This document shows positions 1 through 8,288 of a DNA stretch of 17,960 nt, piece by piece (position 1 is the stretch's first letter; each line of letters starts with the position of its first letter). The translations under genes and the position numbers were made by a program. The DNA is taken from positions 1 to 17,960 of the forward strand of contig SDNY01000072.1 of the NCBI GenBank assembly GCA_004524535.1. The letters run 5' to 3'. Source of the DNA: Promethearchaeota archaeon. Lineage in GTDB: Archaea; Asgardarchaeota; Lokiarchaeia; Sigyniarchaeales; SOKP01. The notes below the pieces were generated by a model. It was not told where the DNA came from and did not search any database. It saw nothing but the letters and a program-made list of their open reading frames with translations.

Positions 1-622
1 TAGTCCATTTTACTAATTGATAGAAAATAGAATCGCACGAATCATTGAAGGAAACTTGCATTACACTTAAATAAGCGTGATTAATACACAAATAATGTCG
101 AAACAGAAAAATTAAATAATGTTTTAACTATTAAAATATGATCATACTCTCTTTAGGTATAAAAAAGTATTATACAGATTATGATTAAAGCATCGAGCCA
201 TCACTGAATTTTGTAGGCGATCGATTTTTTTTGTTTAAATATAATCGTAATTAATTAATCTAAAACTTTTTCAAGATAATCTGACAAAATCAAGAAAAAA
301 AACGACATAATTCAATCAAAAAAGAAATTATTAATTTGATTATCTCTATAAACTGAAATATTATGAAAAGGTTAGTAGTTTAAATAAATAAGTTCTAAAT
401 AAAAAACTAAAACGTTAATAATATAAATTTAAATTGAAAAAATGAATAAGTTTTTATATCTAAAGAAGAAAAGTATAATTTAATTAACCTCAATGAGAAT
501 ATTATAAATTTTTTAACTTAATTAGGCAATTGGGTTTCCCGACAAAATTTTTTAACTTATTAATACGATAATAAGCGTTTCTAAAAAATAAAGAAATAAT
601 TAAAAAAAAATGGCGTTTTATA

Positions 623-2497
623 ATGGTTTTATATTCAGAATCTGACATAACTAAAAAAAAGAAAACAATAATCTCACATAGTAAATATTTAATAAATTTA
701 TTACCACAAGTCTTTCGAACTGAAGGAGATATGGTTAAATTTGATCCTTCAAAAATCTTAAATAGTTTAGTGAAGGAAACAACTTTAAATATTAAAGATG
801 CTAATCACATAACTGAACTTGTAGTTAGAAGAATTATTAGCTCTGGCATAAAATTTCTTTCAGGACCTCATATTAGAGAAATAGTATGTTCCATTTTATC
901 TGAACAACATTTTGAAAATGAAAGAAAGCTATATACGAGAATAGGCATGCCATTAATGGATTATGAAGAACTTCTTGAGCATGGCATTGACGAGATGACA
1001 TATAATTATATGAATCCAGAAATGATACACCACTGGGCTGCAAATCGAATCTCTAATGAATATGCTCTTTTAAGAATTTTAAATTCTGAAGAATCTGAAG
1101 CTCATTTATATGGGGATATCCACATTCATATGCTTCCGTATTTTGATTTAAGGCCTTTTTGTCAAGAATGGGATTCTCGATTGATTCTTGAACGTGGTTT
1201 ACCTCCCATGGTTAGTCGAGCTTACCTTAATAGGTCGGGACCTGCAAGTAATCTAAGAATGGCGGTTGCTCAGCTTGCTAGATGGCTCGGAATGATTCAA
1301 TCTGAATTTAGCGGATCCTTAGGATACAATTATATTACTACATTTCTTGCTCCATATGCTAAAGATTTAAATGATGAGGAAATAGAGGAATGCATGCAAT
1401 TTTTTATATTTGAAATCAATCAAACTTTCTCATCAAAGAGAGGAAGATTTCCCTTTATTTCAATATCTTGTTTACCAACAGTACCTAGCTTTTTATATGA
1501 TATTCCCGCGATAGGTCCTTATGGAAAAATTATAGGAAAATATGGAGAATATGAAGAAGAATGTTTAGAACTCTTTAATGCTTTAAATAATGTTTATCTT
1601 AAAGGAGATTATAATGGCAAATCATTTATTTTTCCGAGGCAAGAAATTAAAATAAATAAACAATGGATAAAAGATTTTGAACCAGAATATTTAAAATTAA
1701 TTGAAGAGTTATCCATAAAGAGAAGCCCATACTTCTCTAACATGTGTTCAAATCGGATTTCTGATAAGAATTTGAACTTTTTAAAATATATCAATAGAGG
1801 AACTCTTCAGAGTGTAAGTTTAAATTTGCCGAGATATAGTTATATGTCTGACGATGAAGATGATTGTTTAAAAATAATAGATGAAAAAATGGAACTTTGC
1901 TCGAGAATTTTGTTAAAGAAAAGAGATTTAATAAATAGAAGATTAAAAACGGGTCACTTACCATTATGTAGAGGGAATATTGATGGAAAGCCAATTTTTA
2001 AATTAGAAGAGCAAAATTTATCTATAAGTTTTATAGGGCTAAATGAAACTGTAAAAAGTTTAACTGAATTCGAGCTTCATGAGGATGATCATAGTTATAA
2101 TCTTGGAAAGAAAATATTAGAGTATATGGCAACAAAGTGTGCATTAATGTCAGAGAGAGATAATGTACATTACTGCTTATCAGAACACCCTAGCGACATA
2201 AGTTCTAAACGTTTAGCACGCTTAGATCTAAAACATTTTTCTAAAAAGGCAATTCCACTAAATAATGGAATTTATACTAAATCCAGCCATTTACGCTACA
2301 ACGCAGAAATTCCATTGTTTGAACGGATTAAAAAAGAAGGAGAATTTCATCCAATAATTAAAGGAAAAACCATTTCCTATTTACCACTTAGGGGAAAAAA
2401 ATCAGATATAAAAGGTCTTTGGGAGCTTACACAGAATATTTGCCTTAATACAAATACATCTTATTTTATTTATAATTTTGAAGATATTTATCCCTAA
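623..2497 (+). CDS. ATP-cone + class III (anaerobic) ribonucleotide reductase NrdD-like protein, C-terminally truncated and degenerate
   Basis: N-terminal ATP cone (VFRTEGDMVKFDPSKILNSL...SGPHIREIVCSIL) and archaeal NrdD-like motifs YTRIGMP, AHLYGDIHIH, RPFC and SVSLNLPR. The ORF ends at YFIYNFEDIYP with no CxxC..CxxC Zn site and no RxxGY glycyl-radical loop. Confidence 0.85.
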   Translation: MVLYSESDITKKKKTIISHSKYLINLLPQVFRTEGDMVKFDPSKILNSLVKETTLNIKDANHITELVVRRIISSGIKFLSGPHIREIVCSILSEQHFENERKLYTRIGMPLMDYEELLEHGIDEMTYNYMNPEMIHHWAANRISNEYALLRILNSEESEAHLYGDIHIHMLPYFDLRPFCQEWDSRLILERGLPPMVSRAYLNRSGPASNLRMAVAQLARWLGMIQSEFSGSLGYNYITTFLAPYAKDLNDEEIEECMQFFIFEINQTFSSKRGRFPFISISCLPTVPSFLYDIPAIGPYGKIIGKYGEYEEECLELFNALNNVYLKGDYNGKSFIFPRQEIKINKQWIKDFEPEYLKLIEELSIKRSPYFSNMCSNRISDKNLNFLKYINRGTLQSVSLNLPRYSYMSDDEDDCLKIIDEKMELCSRILLKKRDLINRRLKTGHLPLCRGNIDGKPIFKLEEQNLSISFIGLNETVKSLTEFELHEDDHSYNLGKKILEYMATKCALMSERDNVHYCLSEHPSDISSKRLARLDLKHFSKKAIPLNNGIYTKSSHLRYNAEIPLFERIKKEGEFHPIIKGKTISYLPLRGKKSDIKGLWELTQNICLNTNTSYFIYNFEDIYP

Positions 2498-2513
2498 GAA
2501 AAAAAAATTTTAA

Positions 2514-2534
2514 AATCTGAATTATTTTCAGATT
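2514..2534. promoter_or_regulatory. Perfect 8-bp inverted repeat between the NrdD-like gene and the mazG-like gene
   Basis: AATCTGAA-ttatt-TTCAGATT is seen directly; function unknown (hairpin or operator). Confidence 0.3.
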
Positions 2535-2566
2535 AAACTTTTCTAAAATTTTAATCTATTATATTT

Positions 2567-2887
2567 ATGATGGAAAAGAAAACGCTAGAAGAAATTCAGC
2601 ACGATATTGACGATTGGATACTTAAACATGGGGGTTATTGGCCTCCACTTTCAATGCTTTCTGCAATTATGGAAGAATTGGGTGAATTAGCTCGCGAAAT
2701 AAATTATCTTGAGGGATTCAAACCAAAAAAGTCTTCAGAAAAAAAGAAAACAGATTTGGGTGAAGAACTAGCAGATATTATGTTTTCAGTAATATGTTTA
2801 GCGAATTATTATAAAGTAGATTTAACTAATATGTTAATCAATATAATTAAAAAATATTCTAACAGAGATGCAAATAGATTTGTGTAA
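2567..2887 (+). CDS. MazG-like nucleotide pyrophosphohydrolase (YpjD-like)
   Basis: YWPPLSMLSAIMEELGELAREIN and DLGEELADIMF carry the ExxE...ExxD metal-binding signature; the GxKPKK motif and 106-aa length are typical of the YpjD subfamily. Start could be 2567 or 2570. Confidence 0.9.
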   Translation: MMEKKTLEEIQHDIDDWILKHGGYWPPLSMLSAIMEELGELAREINYLEGFKPKKSSEKKKTDLGEELADIMFSVICLANYYKVDLTNMLINIIKKYSNRDANRFV

Positions 2888-2964
2888 ATAAATAGAAGCG
2901 TGGTCCTTCATATTTAAAATTAGTAAGATGATCAGAGCTATGCAATACCTTAAAAGATGTTGGA

Positions 2965-4107
2965 TTATTCACCTAGAGGATAACAAGCCATAAAAATTGT
3001 TCCTTTTTCCTTAGACGTCGAGAAAACAACAGTACCACTTAAGAATGAGCTTAATAATTTCATGCTGTAAGTTCCTATCCCTCTATTTGATGCTTTAGTT
3101 GAGAAAGATCGTTGAAAAATTTGAAGTTGCACATCTCGAGGGATAAAACCAGGATTTTGAACCCAAAATTGGATATTATTTTCAAGAACTTTAAAACCAA
3201 GCGTTACTGTGCCTCCGTTTGGAGTTGCTTCCAGAGCATTCTTTAACATATTACCTATTATTCGTCTAAGGAGTGTTCGATCAGAAGAAATTTCAATTGA
3301 TTTTGTGTTTTCATCAATTTTTATCTTTTTATCTTTTGCTAAATCGTGATCTACATATAATTCTACAATTTCATCTAAAAAATCTCTAGAATTAAATTTA
3401 CTATAGTTTAATGTTAAATTATTATTCTCTGCATCACTCAATATTTGTTGGGATCGGATTTCCTCAACAAGATTATTAATTTGATAATTTACCCTTTTTA
3501 AATATTCTTCTTGATTTATATTTTTACTGTGTTTAAATAAAATTTCAATAGAGCCTAATATTCCGGTTATTGTATTCAATATATCATGAAAAAATACTTG
3601 CTCAAGAATAGCACGACGCTTTTCGTGTCGAATATCTTGAATAGTTACTGCTGAAAACAATTCCCCCTCGAATGAAAGAGGTGCTGCCCACACACGCAAA
3701 TCAAATGACTCTTCATTAGGTCCTAATATCAATCGGGTTTCTATCATAGCGTTATTACCTTCTAAACTAGATAGAACAGCATTTACTGCTCCACAATAAG
3801 TACAAGCTTCAGATGTTCCACAACCCGCCTCCTCATCGGAAGAATGAATGCAAGCAAACACTTCACCAGGTCTTTTCCCTAAAACTTCAGTTACATCGTT
3901 CAGTCCCGTAAATTCCAAAGCACCCTTATTCATAAATACAATTTGTCTATATTTATTGGCAACTAAAAAAATTGCTGGAATTTTACTGAGGAATTGGTTT
4001 AAAATTTCATTTTTTTTGAAATCATCTATTTGATATCCTACTTCTTCATTAGAGAGACGTTCAGCCGGAGCATATTTTGTGTTAAGTTTTCTAGCATTCA
4101 ACTTCAT
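2965..4107 (-). CDS. Soluble PAS-domain sensor histidine kinase
   Basis: PAS-like N-terminus (IVFMNKGALEF...VLGKRPGE), H-box FFHDILNT, N-box NMLKNALEA, F-box IFQRSFSTK, G2 box GIGTY; no obvious TM segment. Confidence 0.9.
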   Translation of the reverse strand: MKLNARKLNTKYAPAERLSNEEVGYQIDDFKKNEILNQFLSKIPAIFLVANKYRQIVFMNKGALEFTGLNDVTEVLGKRPGEVFACIHSSDEEAGCGTSEACTYCGAVNAVLSSLEGNNAMIETRLILGPNEESFDLRVWAAPLSFEGELFSAVTIQDIRHEKRRAILEQVFFHDILNTITGILGSIEILFKHSKNINQEEYLKRVNYQINNLVEEIRSQQILSDAENNNLTLNYSKFNSRDFLDEIVELYVDHDLAKDKKIKIDENTKSIEISSDRTLLRRIIGNMLKNALEATPNGGTVTLGFKVLENNIQFWVQNPGFIPRDVQLQIFQRSFSTKASNRGIGTYSMKLLSSFLSGTVVFSTSKEKGTIFMACYPLGE

Positions 4108-4400
4108 AACCTGAATAAAAACTCTTAATTTAAATTTTTATAAAATAAATAGGGTAAATTAATAATAATTTTTCTATCCAATAATTCTTTTTTTCACTAT
4201 AAATGGAATGAATAATCTAGAAGAAATGTTTTCAGAATTAATTAAAAGAAAATCTATTTATAATAAAGCAAGTTCCAAAAAACGTATCTTCTTTTTTTTG
4301 CTATTTAAGCACTTATATTCAAGCTACTTAGATTTAACAAATTCTTTTTATGATTAAAAAAGAAAAGGATAATAAGAATCATTAATTTTTAAAAAAAGAG

Positions 4401-5579
4401 ATGTTAAATGAAGGTCTAAGCAAACAAAAAATTATTAAAAAATTAGAAGAGAAATTATCCCAAGACTTTTCCTACAAATCTGGATCTATCTTAGGATCTA
4501 TGTGTACTGATCCCCTTGATTTTGGCAAGGAAATTTATATAAAATATCTACATAAAAATTTAGGAGATCCTGGATTATTTCGAGGTTGTGCCGAGTTAGA
4601 AATAGAGCTAATCTTGGAAATAGGAAATCTTTTTAATGGTTCAAATATTACTGGAACTTTCACTACGGGAGGTTCCGAGGCGAACATAATTGCAATGCGA
4701 ATTGCGAAGAAAATAAGATCAGATATTAAAAATCCAGAGATAGTTGTACCTGCTTCTGCTCATGTTTCCTTTGATAAAGCTGAGGATTTATTAGGATTTA
4801 AACTTCGAAAGGTAAAATTGAAAAAAGATTTTAAATTAGATTTAGATCACTTTGAATCCCTAATAAATAAAAACACATGCGGAGTAGTAGGGATTGCAGG
4901 GACAACTTCTCTGGGATTAATAGATCCAATAGAAAAAATTGGAGAAATTATTGAAGGAAAAGATATATTTTTCCATGTTGATGCAGCATTTGGAGGATTT
5001 GTGTTACCATTTATAAAAGAATTAAATAATAAAATACCTTCTTGGGATTTTAGCGTTAAAGAAGTAGATTCTATTACAGCTGATCCCCATAAGATGGGAT
5101 TAGGTCTTATTCCAACTGGAGGATTTTTTTTAAGAGATTCTAAAGTTTTAGAGAAAACAGGATTTGAAATTCCCTATCTTGCTGGAGGAAACTTCAAACA
5201 TTTCCATATTGTTGGAACAAGACCTGGAGGGACGATAATTGCTTTTTGGGCTATAATGAAATACTTAGGTCAGAATGGATTTGTAAAAATTATAAAGGAA
5301 TGTTTGGAAAATACAAATTACTTAGTAAAAAGGATATCTGAAATCAATGGGGTTAAATTAGCTGCAAAACCAATTATGAATATAGTTGGTATTACCACAG
5401 AAAATGGTGAAAGTATATGTAAAATTGACGAGGAATTACGAAAAAGGAGTTGGATGCTAGGAAAATTTACTAACTTCAATTTAATAAGAATTGTTATTAT
5501 GCCCCATGTCAAGAAATCTCATTTATCAAAATTTACTCAAGAATTAGAGGATATTGTAAAAAGATTAAAGATTTCGTGA
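4401..5579 (+). CDS. mfnA: Group II PLP-dependent L-tyrosine/L-aspartate decarboxylase MfnA
   Basis: ILGSMCT, NLGDPGLF, TTGGSEAN, HVDAAFGG, PLP-lysine motif DPHKM, GTRPG and RIVIMPHV are all characteristic of archaeal MfnA. Confidence 0.88.
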   Translation: MLNEGLSKQKIIKKLEEKLSQDFSYKSGSILGSMCTDPLDFGKEIYIKYLHKNLGDPGLFRGCAELEIELILEIGNLFNGSNITGTFTTGGSEANIIAMRIAKKIRSDIKNPEIVVPASAHVSFDKAEDLLGFKLRKVKLKKDFKLDLDHFESLINKNTCGVVGIAGTTSLGLIDPIEKIGEIIEGKDIFFHVDAAFGGFVLPFIKELNNKIPSWDFSVKEVDSITADPHKMGLGLIPTGGFFLRDSKVLEKTGFEIPYLAGGNFKHFHIVGTRPGGTIIAFWAIMKYLGQNGFVKIIKECLENTNYLVKRISEINGVKLAAKPIMNIVGITTENGESICKIDEELRKRSWMLGKFTNFNLIRIVIMPHVKKSHLSKFTQELEDIVKRLKIS

Positions 5580-5835
5580 ATATTTTATTTAATTATCAAA
5601 ATATTTTAATATAATTTTATTATTTCATATAACTTTTCTTACAAGAAGTTTTATCTCAATTAAAAAGTCTATTGCATATATTGATAGCTTCAAATTTATT
5701 TTTATTTTTCCATCTTAAATAATCCCTTATATTAACTTAAATGGTATATAAAAAGATATATTTAAAGAACTAAAAAAATTAATATTTAGTAAGAAATAAT
5801 TTAGGATAATAACTTTACAAGATTTATTATTGAGA

Positions 5836-6444
5836 ATGGGGAAAAAAGAAGATAAGAAAAAGAAATTGGGAATTAAAACATCGAGATATTTTACAAAAAC
5901 CTGCCATAATTGCAGTAATGAATATCCTAATTGGTTCACTCAATGTCCCCAATGTGGGACAGCTTGGGATGACATCGATACTAAAGCACGTGTTGATGAA
6001 AAAACAATTAAAATCGTTGTAAGAATTACTGAAGAAGATTTCAACGAATATATTGATCATCTTCAATTAATTTTCAGTGGAGATCAAGGGAAATCTTGGT
6101 ATCAGATGGAAATGAAAGCAGAAACTGACTATTTCATAGCAGAAATGGCAGATGTTCCAAATGGAACGGTGATAATTTATTACATTGAGGTTTATTTAGA
6201 AAATGGAGTAAAACATATTGAAAATAATGATGGAAATTACTTTTATTATAGAGTAGGAGTCCCATCAGAAGAAACTAAGGAAGAATTATCACATTCAGAA
6301 GCACAAATGATACAAAATAATATTAATGTTTCAGACCAAGAACCACAAACCCAAATTGATCCTGACTTAATAGTCTGTCCTCATTGTAATTCAAAAATAA
6401 AGAAGATGTGGAGCACTTGCCCTTTCTGCGGCCGAAATGTGTAA
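5836..6444 (+). CDS. Hypothetical protein with N- and C-terminal zinc ribbons and a beta-rich core
   Basis: CHNC-x9-CPQC near the N-terminus and CPHC-x9-CPFC at the C-terminus; beta-rich core (VIIYYIEVY...ENNDGNYFYY). ATG at 5836 is preferred over the TTG at 5830. Confidence 0.8.
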   Translation: MGKKEDKKKKLGIKTSRYFTKTCHNCSNEYPNWFTQCPQCGTAWDDIDTKARVDEKTIKIVVRITEEDFNEYIDHLQLIFSGDQGKSWYQMEMKAETDYFIAEMADVPNGTVIIYYIEVYLENGVKHIENNDGNYFYYRVGVPSEETKEELSHSEAQMIQNNINVSDQEPQTQIDPDLIVCPHCNSKIKKMWSTCPFCGRNV

Positions 6445-6542
6445 AATTACAAATAGTCCTTTAATTTTGTGATAATCTTATTCTTTATAGAAAAAATTTA
6501 GGTATAATAATATAGAACTGGAATAAAAAAAATTTATCTTTT

Positions 6543-8282
6543 TTATAACTTTGAACCACATTTATTACAAAATGCGTAATCAGATGATAACATTGCTCCA
6601 CATTGGCTACAAATGATTGTTTCTTTCTTTTTTTGTGCTTGAGCAGGTTTAACCAAACTAGTTATATCATTAGTTTTTGTCCCAGAAGGAGTTTTTGGTT
6701 GAATAATGTCTGCCACATTCGGTATTATTTTTATTTCGGTATCTTGATCTCTGGTAGGTTTTTCTGTCGCTGTGAATGGTACAAAGTGTTCACTTGGATT
6801 GGATTCGCTTGATTTTTGAGACATAGTCTGAAAAAAGGAAGGTGCTCGAGATTCCTGTTCCGGTGGAGTTGGTGTTGCTGTTTGTAATGGAATCCTTGGT
6901 TCAGCAGTAACTTTTTTTACTTTTTCTTTCTTTTTTTTCTTTTCTTTTTCCAACTTGGCTTTTTCTTTTTCTTGAATTTCTCTCTCTTTTTCTTCCTGAA
7001 TTTTTCTCTCTTTTTCCAACTTGGCTTTTTCTTTTTCTAATCTTTCTCTCTCTTTTTCTTCCTGAATTTTTCTCTCTTTTTCCAATTTAGCTTTTTCTTT
7101 TTCTTCTTTCTTCTTCTGTTTTTCTTCTTTCTTTTTCTGTTTTTCTAATCTTTTCATTTCTTTTTTTGATAGAATTGTCTCTGGCATGTAATCTACTAAA
7201 GAATCTGAATCTGGAGTTTGAAATTCTTCGGGTGTTGGTGCTGGTTTAGGAATTTTTCCAGCAAAAGGAATTGTTTTAGGTTTATAAGTGGGCTCTTCTG
7301 GTGTTTCTGAAATGGTTGGGACAGAAGAACTAGGCAGTGGTTCTTCTTCTTTACCGACTTCCGATAAGATTTGTTCTGGGGTCTTAAATTCAAATTCTGT
7401 TGGCTTTTCGGCAGTTGTTTCGATTTTTGGCTCTGGAATAGGAGCTTTTTGCTCAAGCTTAGGTGCTGGTTCAGGAACCGGTGGAGCTGCTAAGTCATTT
7501 TGTGGTTCAGGAACCGGTGGAGCTGCTAAGTCATTTTGTGGTTCAGGAACCGGTGGAGCTGCTAAGTCATTTTGTGGTTCAGGAACTGGTGGAGCTGCAA
7601 AATCATTTTGTGGTTCAGGTTCTATTACATAGGCGGGAAATTCTTCTGGTTCTTGTTGAGTTAAAGGTGTAGCAACTGGAGCTGAAGTCGCAACAAGCAC
7701 ATTACCAGGGCTACTAACAATTCCTTTTGACACAAGTTGATCCGGAACTCCTGAACCGACCATTAGACAAGCAAGAATGTAAAAGCAATCGCCTACACCC
7801 TCACCTGTTTTCGCTGAAGTTTCCATATAATATAAATTAAATTTTTCTGTAAAATCATTGATTTCCTCTAAGGAAACAGCTCTAATATCAACTAAATCGC
7901 TTTTATTTCCAACGAGAAGGAAAGGCACTTCATTTTTTATATTGGATCTAATTTCTTCAATCCATTGAGGTAAATGTTCAAAACTCTCATATGAAGTGAG
8001 ATCGAAAATTAATAGGGCTCCTAAAGCGCCTCTATAATACATAGGTCTTATTGAGCTAAATCTTTCTTGACCACCCGTATCCCATATTTGTAATTTTACC
8101 ATTATTTGACCTTCTTCTTGTGTATCGATGGAAATCGTTTTAACGTGGAAATCCACTCCAATAGTCATTTTGTAATCTTCTGTGAAAAAGCCTTTTGAAA
8201 ATCGTAGAGTTAGAGCAGTTTTACCAACTCCTCCATCTCCTACTACTATTGATTTAAAAAGATAATCATATTCATCAGCCAT
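6543..8282 (-). CDS. Rab-like small GTPase with ~400-aa C-terminal extension (Pro-rich repeats, charged helix, Zn ribbon)
   Basis: G1 GDGGVGKT, G2 T40, G3 WDTGGQE, G4 GNKSD, G5 ETSAK; RabF-like motifs IGVDF, KLQIW, RFSSI, YYRGA, LIFDLT; C-terminal CSQC-x9-CNKC. Confidence 0.93.
   Translation of the reverse strand: MADEYDYLFKSIVVGDGGVGKTALTLRFSKGFFTEDYKMTIGVDFHVKTISIDTQEEGQIMVKLQIWDTGGQERFSSIRPMYYRGALGALLIFDLTSYESFEHLPQWIEEIRSNIKNEVPFLLVGNKSDLVDIRAVSLEEINDFTEKFNLYYMETSAKTGEGVGDCFYILACLMVGSGVPDQLVSKGIVSSPGNVLVATSAPVATPLTQQEPEEFPAYVIEPEPQNDFAAPPVPEPQNDLAAPPVPEPQNDLAAPPVPEPQNDLAAPPVPEPAPKLEQKAPIPEPKIETTAEKPTEFEFKTPEQILSEVGKEEEPLPSSSVPTISETPEEPTYKPKTIPFAGKIPKPAPTPEEFQTPDSDSLVDYMPETILSKKEMKRLEKQKKKEEKQKKKEEKEKAKLEKERKIQEEKERERLEKEKAKLEKERKIQEEKEREIQEKEKAKLEKEKKKKKEKVKKVTAEPRIPLQTATPTPPEQESRAPSFFQTMSQKSSESNPSEHFVPFTATEKPTRDQDTEIKIIPNVADIIQPKTPSGTKTNDITSLVKPAQAQKKKETIICSQCGAMLSSDYAFCNKCGSKL
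6943..7103 (-). repeat. ~2.4 copies of a 66-bp coding tandem repeat (22-aa KEKAKLEKERKIQEEKERExxE)
   Basis: Anchor CCAA(C/T)TT(G/A)GCTTTTTC recurs at 6950, 7016 and 7082 (period 66) and encodes an E/K/R-rich helix. Confidence 0.85.
7467..7619 (-). repeat. 4.25 copies of a 36-bp coding tandem repeat (12-aa PEPQNDLAAPPV)
   Basis: The + strand unit TGGTTCAGGAACCGGTGGAGCTGCTAAGTCATTTTG starts at 7467, 7503 and 7539 (identical) and 7575 (3 substitutions), with a partial copy at 7611; no spacers. Confidence 0.97.
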
Positions 8283-8288
8283 TACAAG

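Noticed and set aside
1-622. Long AT-rich region as a replication origin or ncRNA; weak hairpin near 193-224; possible minus-strand ATG at position 8
   Set aside because: No ORB/G-string repeats, no cdc6 in view, and the hairpin is imperfect. Too little sequence to call a gene at the edge; most likely a promoter region.
2498-2566. Frameshifted or read-through continuation supplying the missing NrdD radical domain
   Set aside because: The stop is TAA and the 69-bp gap has no CxxC or RxxGY coding potential before the next gene starts.
2892-2900. ATAGAAGCG also found at 15361-15369, both downstream of minus-strand genes
   Set aside because: Only 9 bp with no extended similarity; compatible with chance.
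5836-6444. Zn-ribbon protein as the split-off C-terminal domain of NrdD
   Set aside because: No RxxGY glycyl-radical motif follows either ribbon.
7467-7619. 36-bp repeats as a CRISPR array
   Set aside because: Units are directly adjacent with no spacers, are in frame within a CDS, and no cas genes are present.
7196-7672. Alternative-frame ORFs 7196-7456, 7288-7632 and 7463-7672
   Set aside because: Shadow ORFs created by the stop-free coding repeat inside the GTPase gene.
6543-8282. Eukaryotic contamination as the source of the Rab-like gene
   Set aside because: No introns or prenylation motif, composition matches the neighbours, and the flanking genes are prokaryotic/archaeal.
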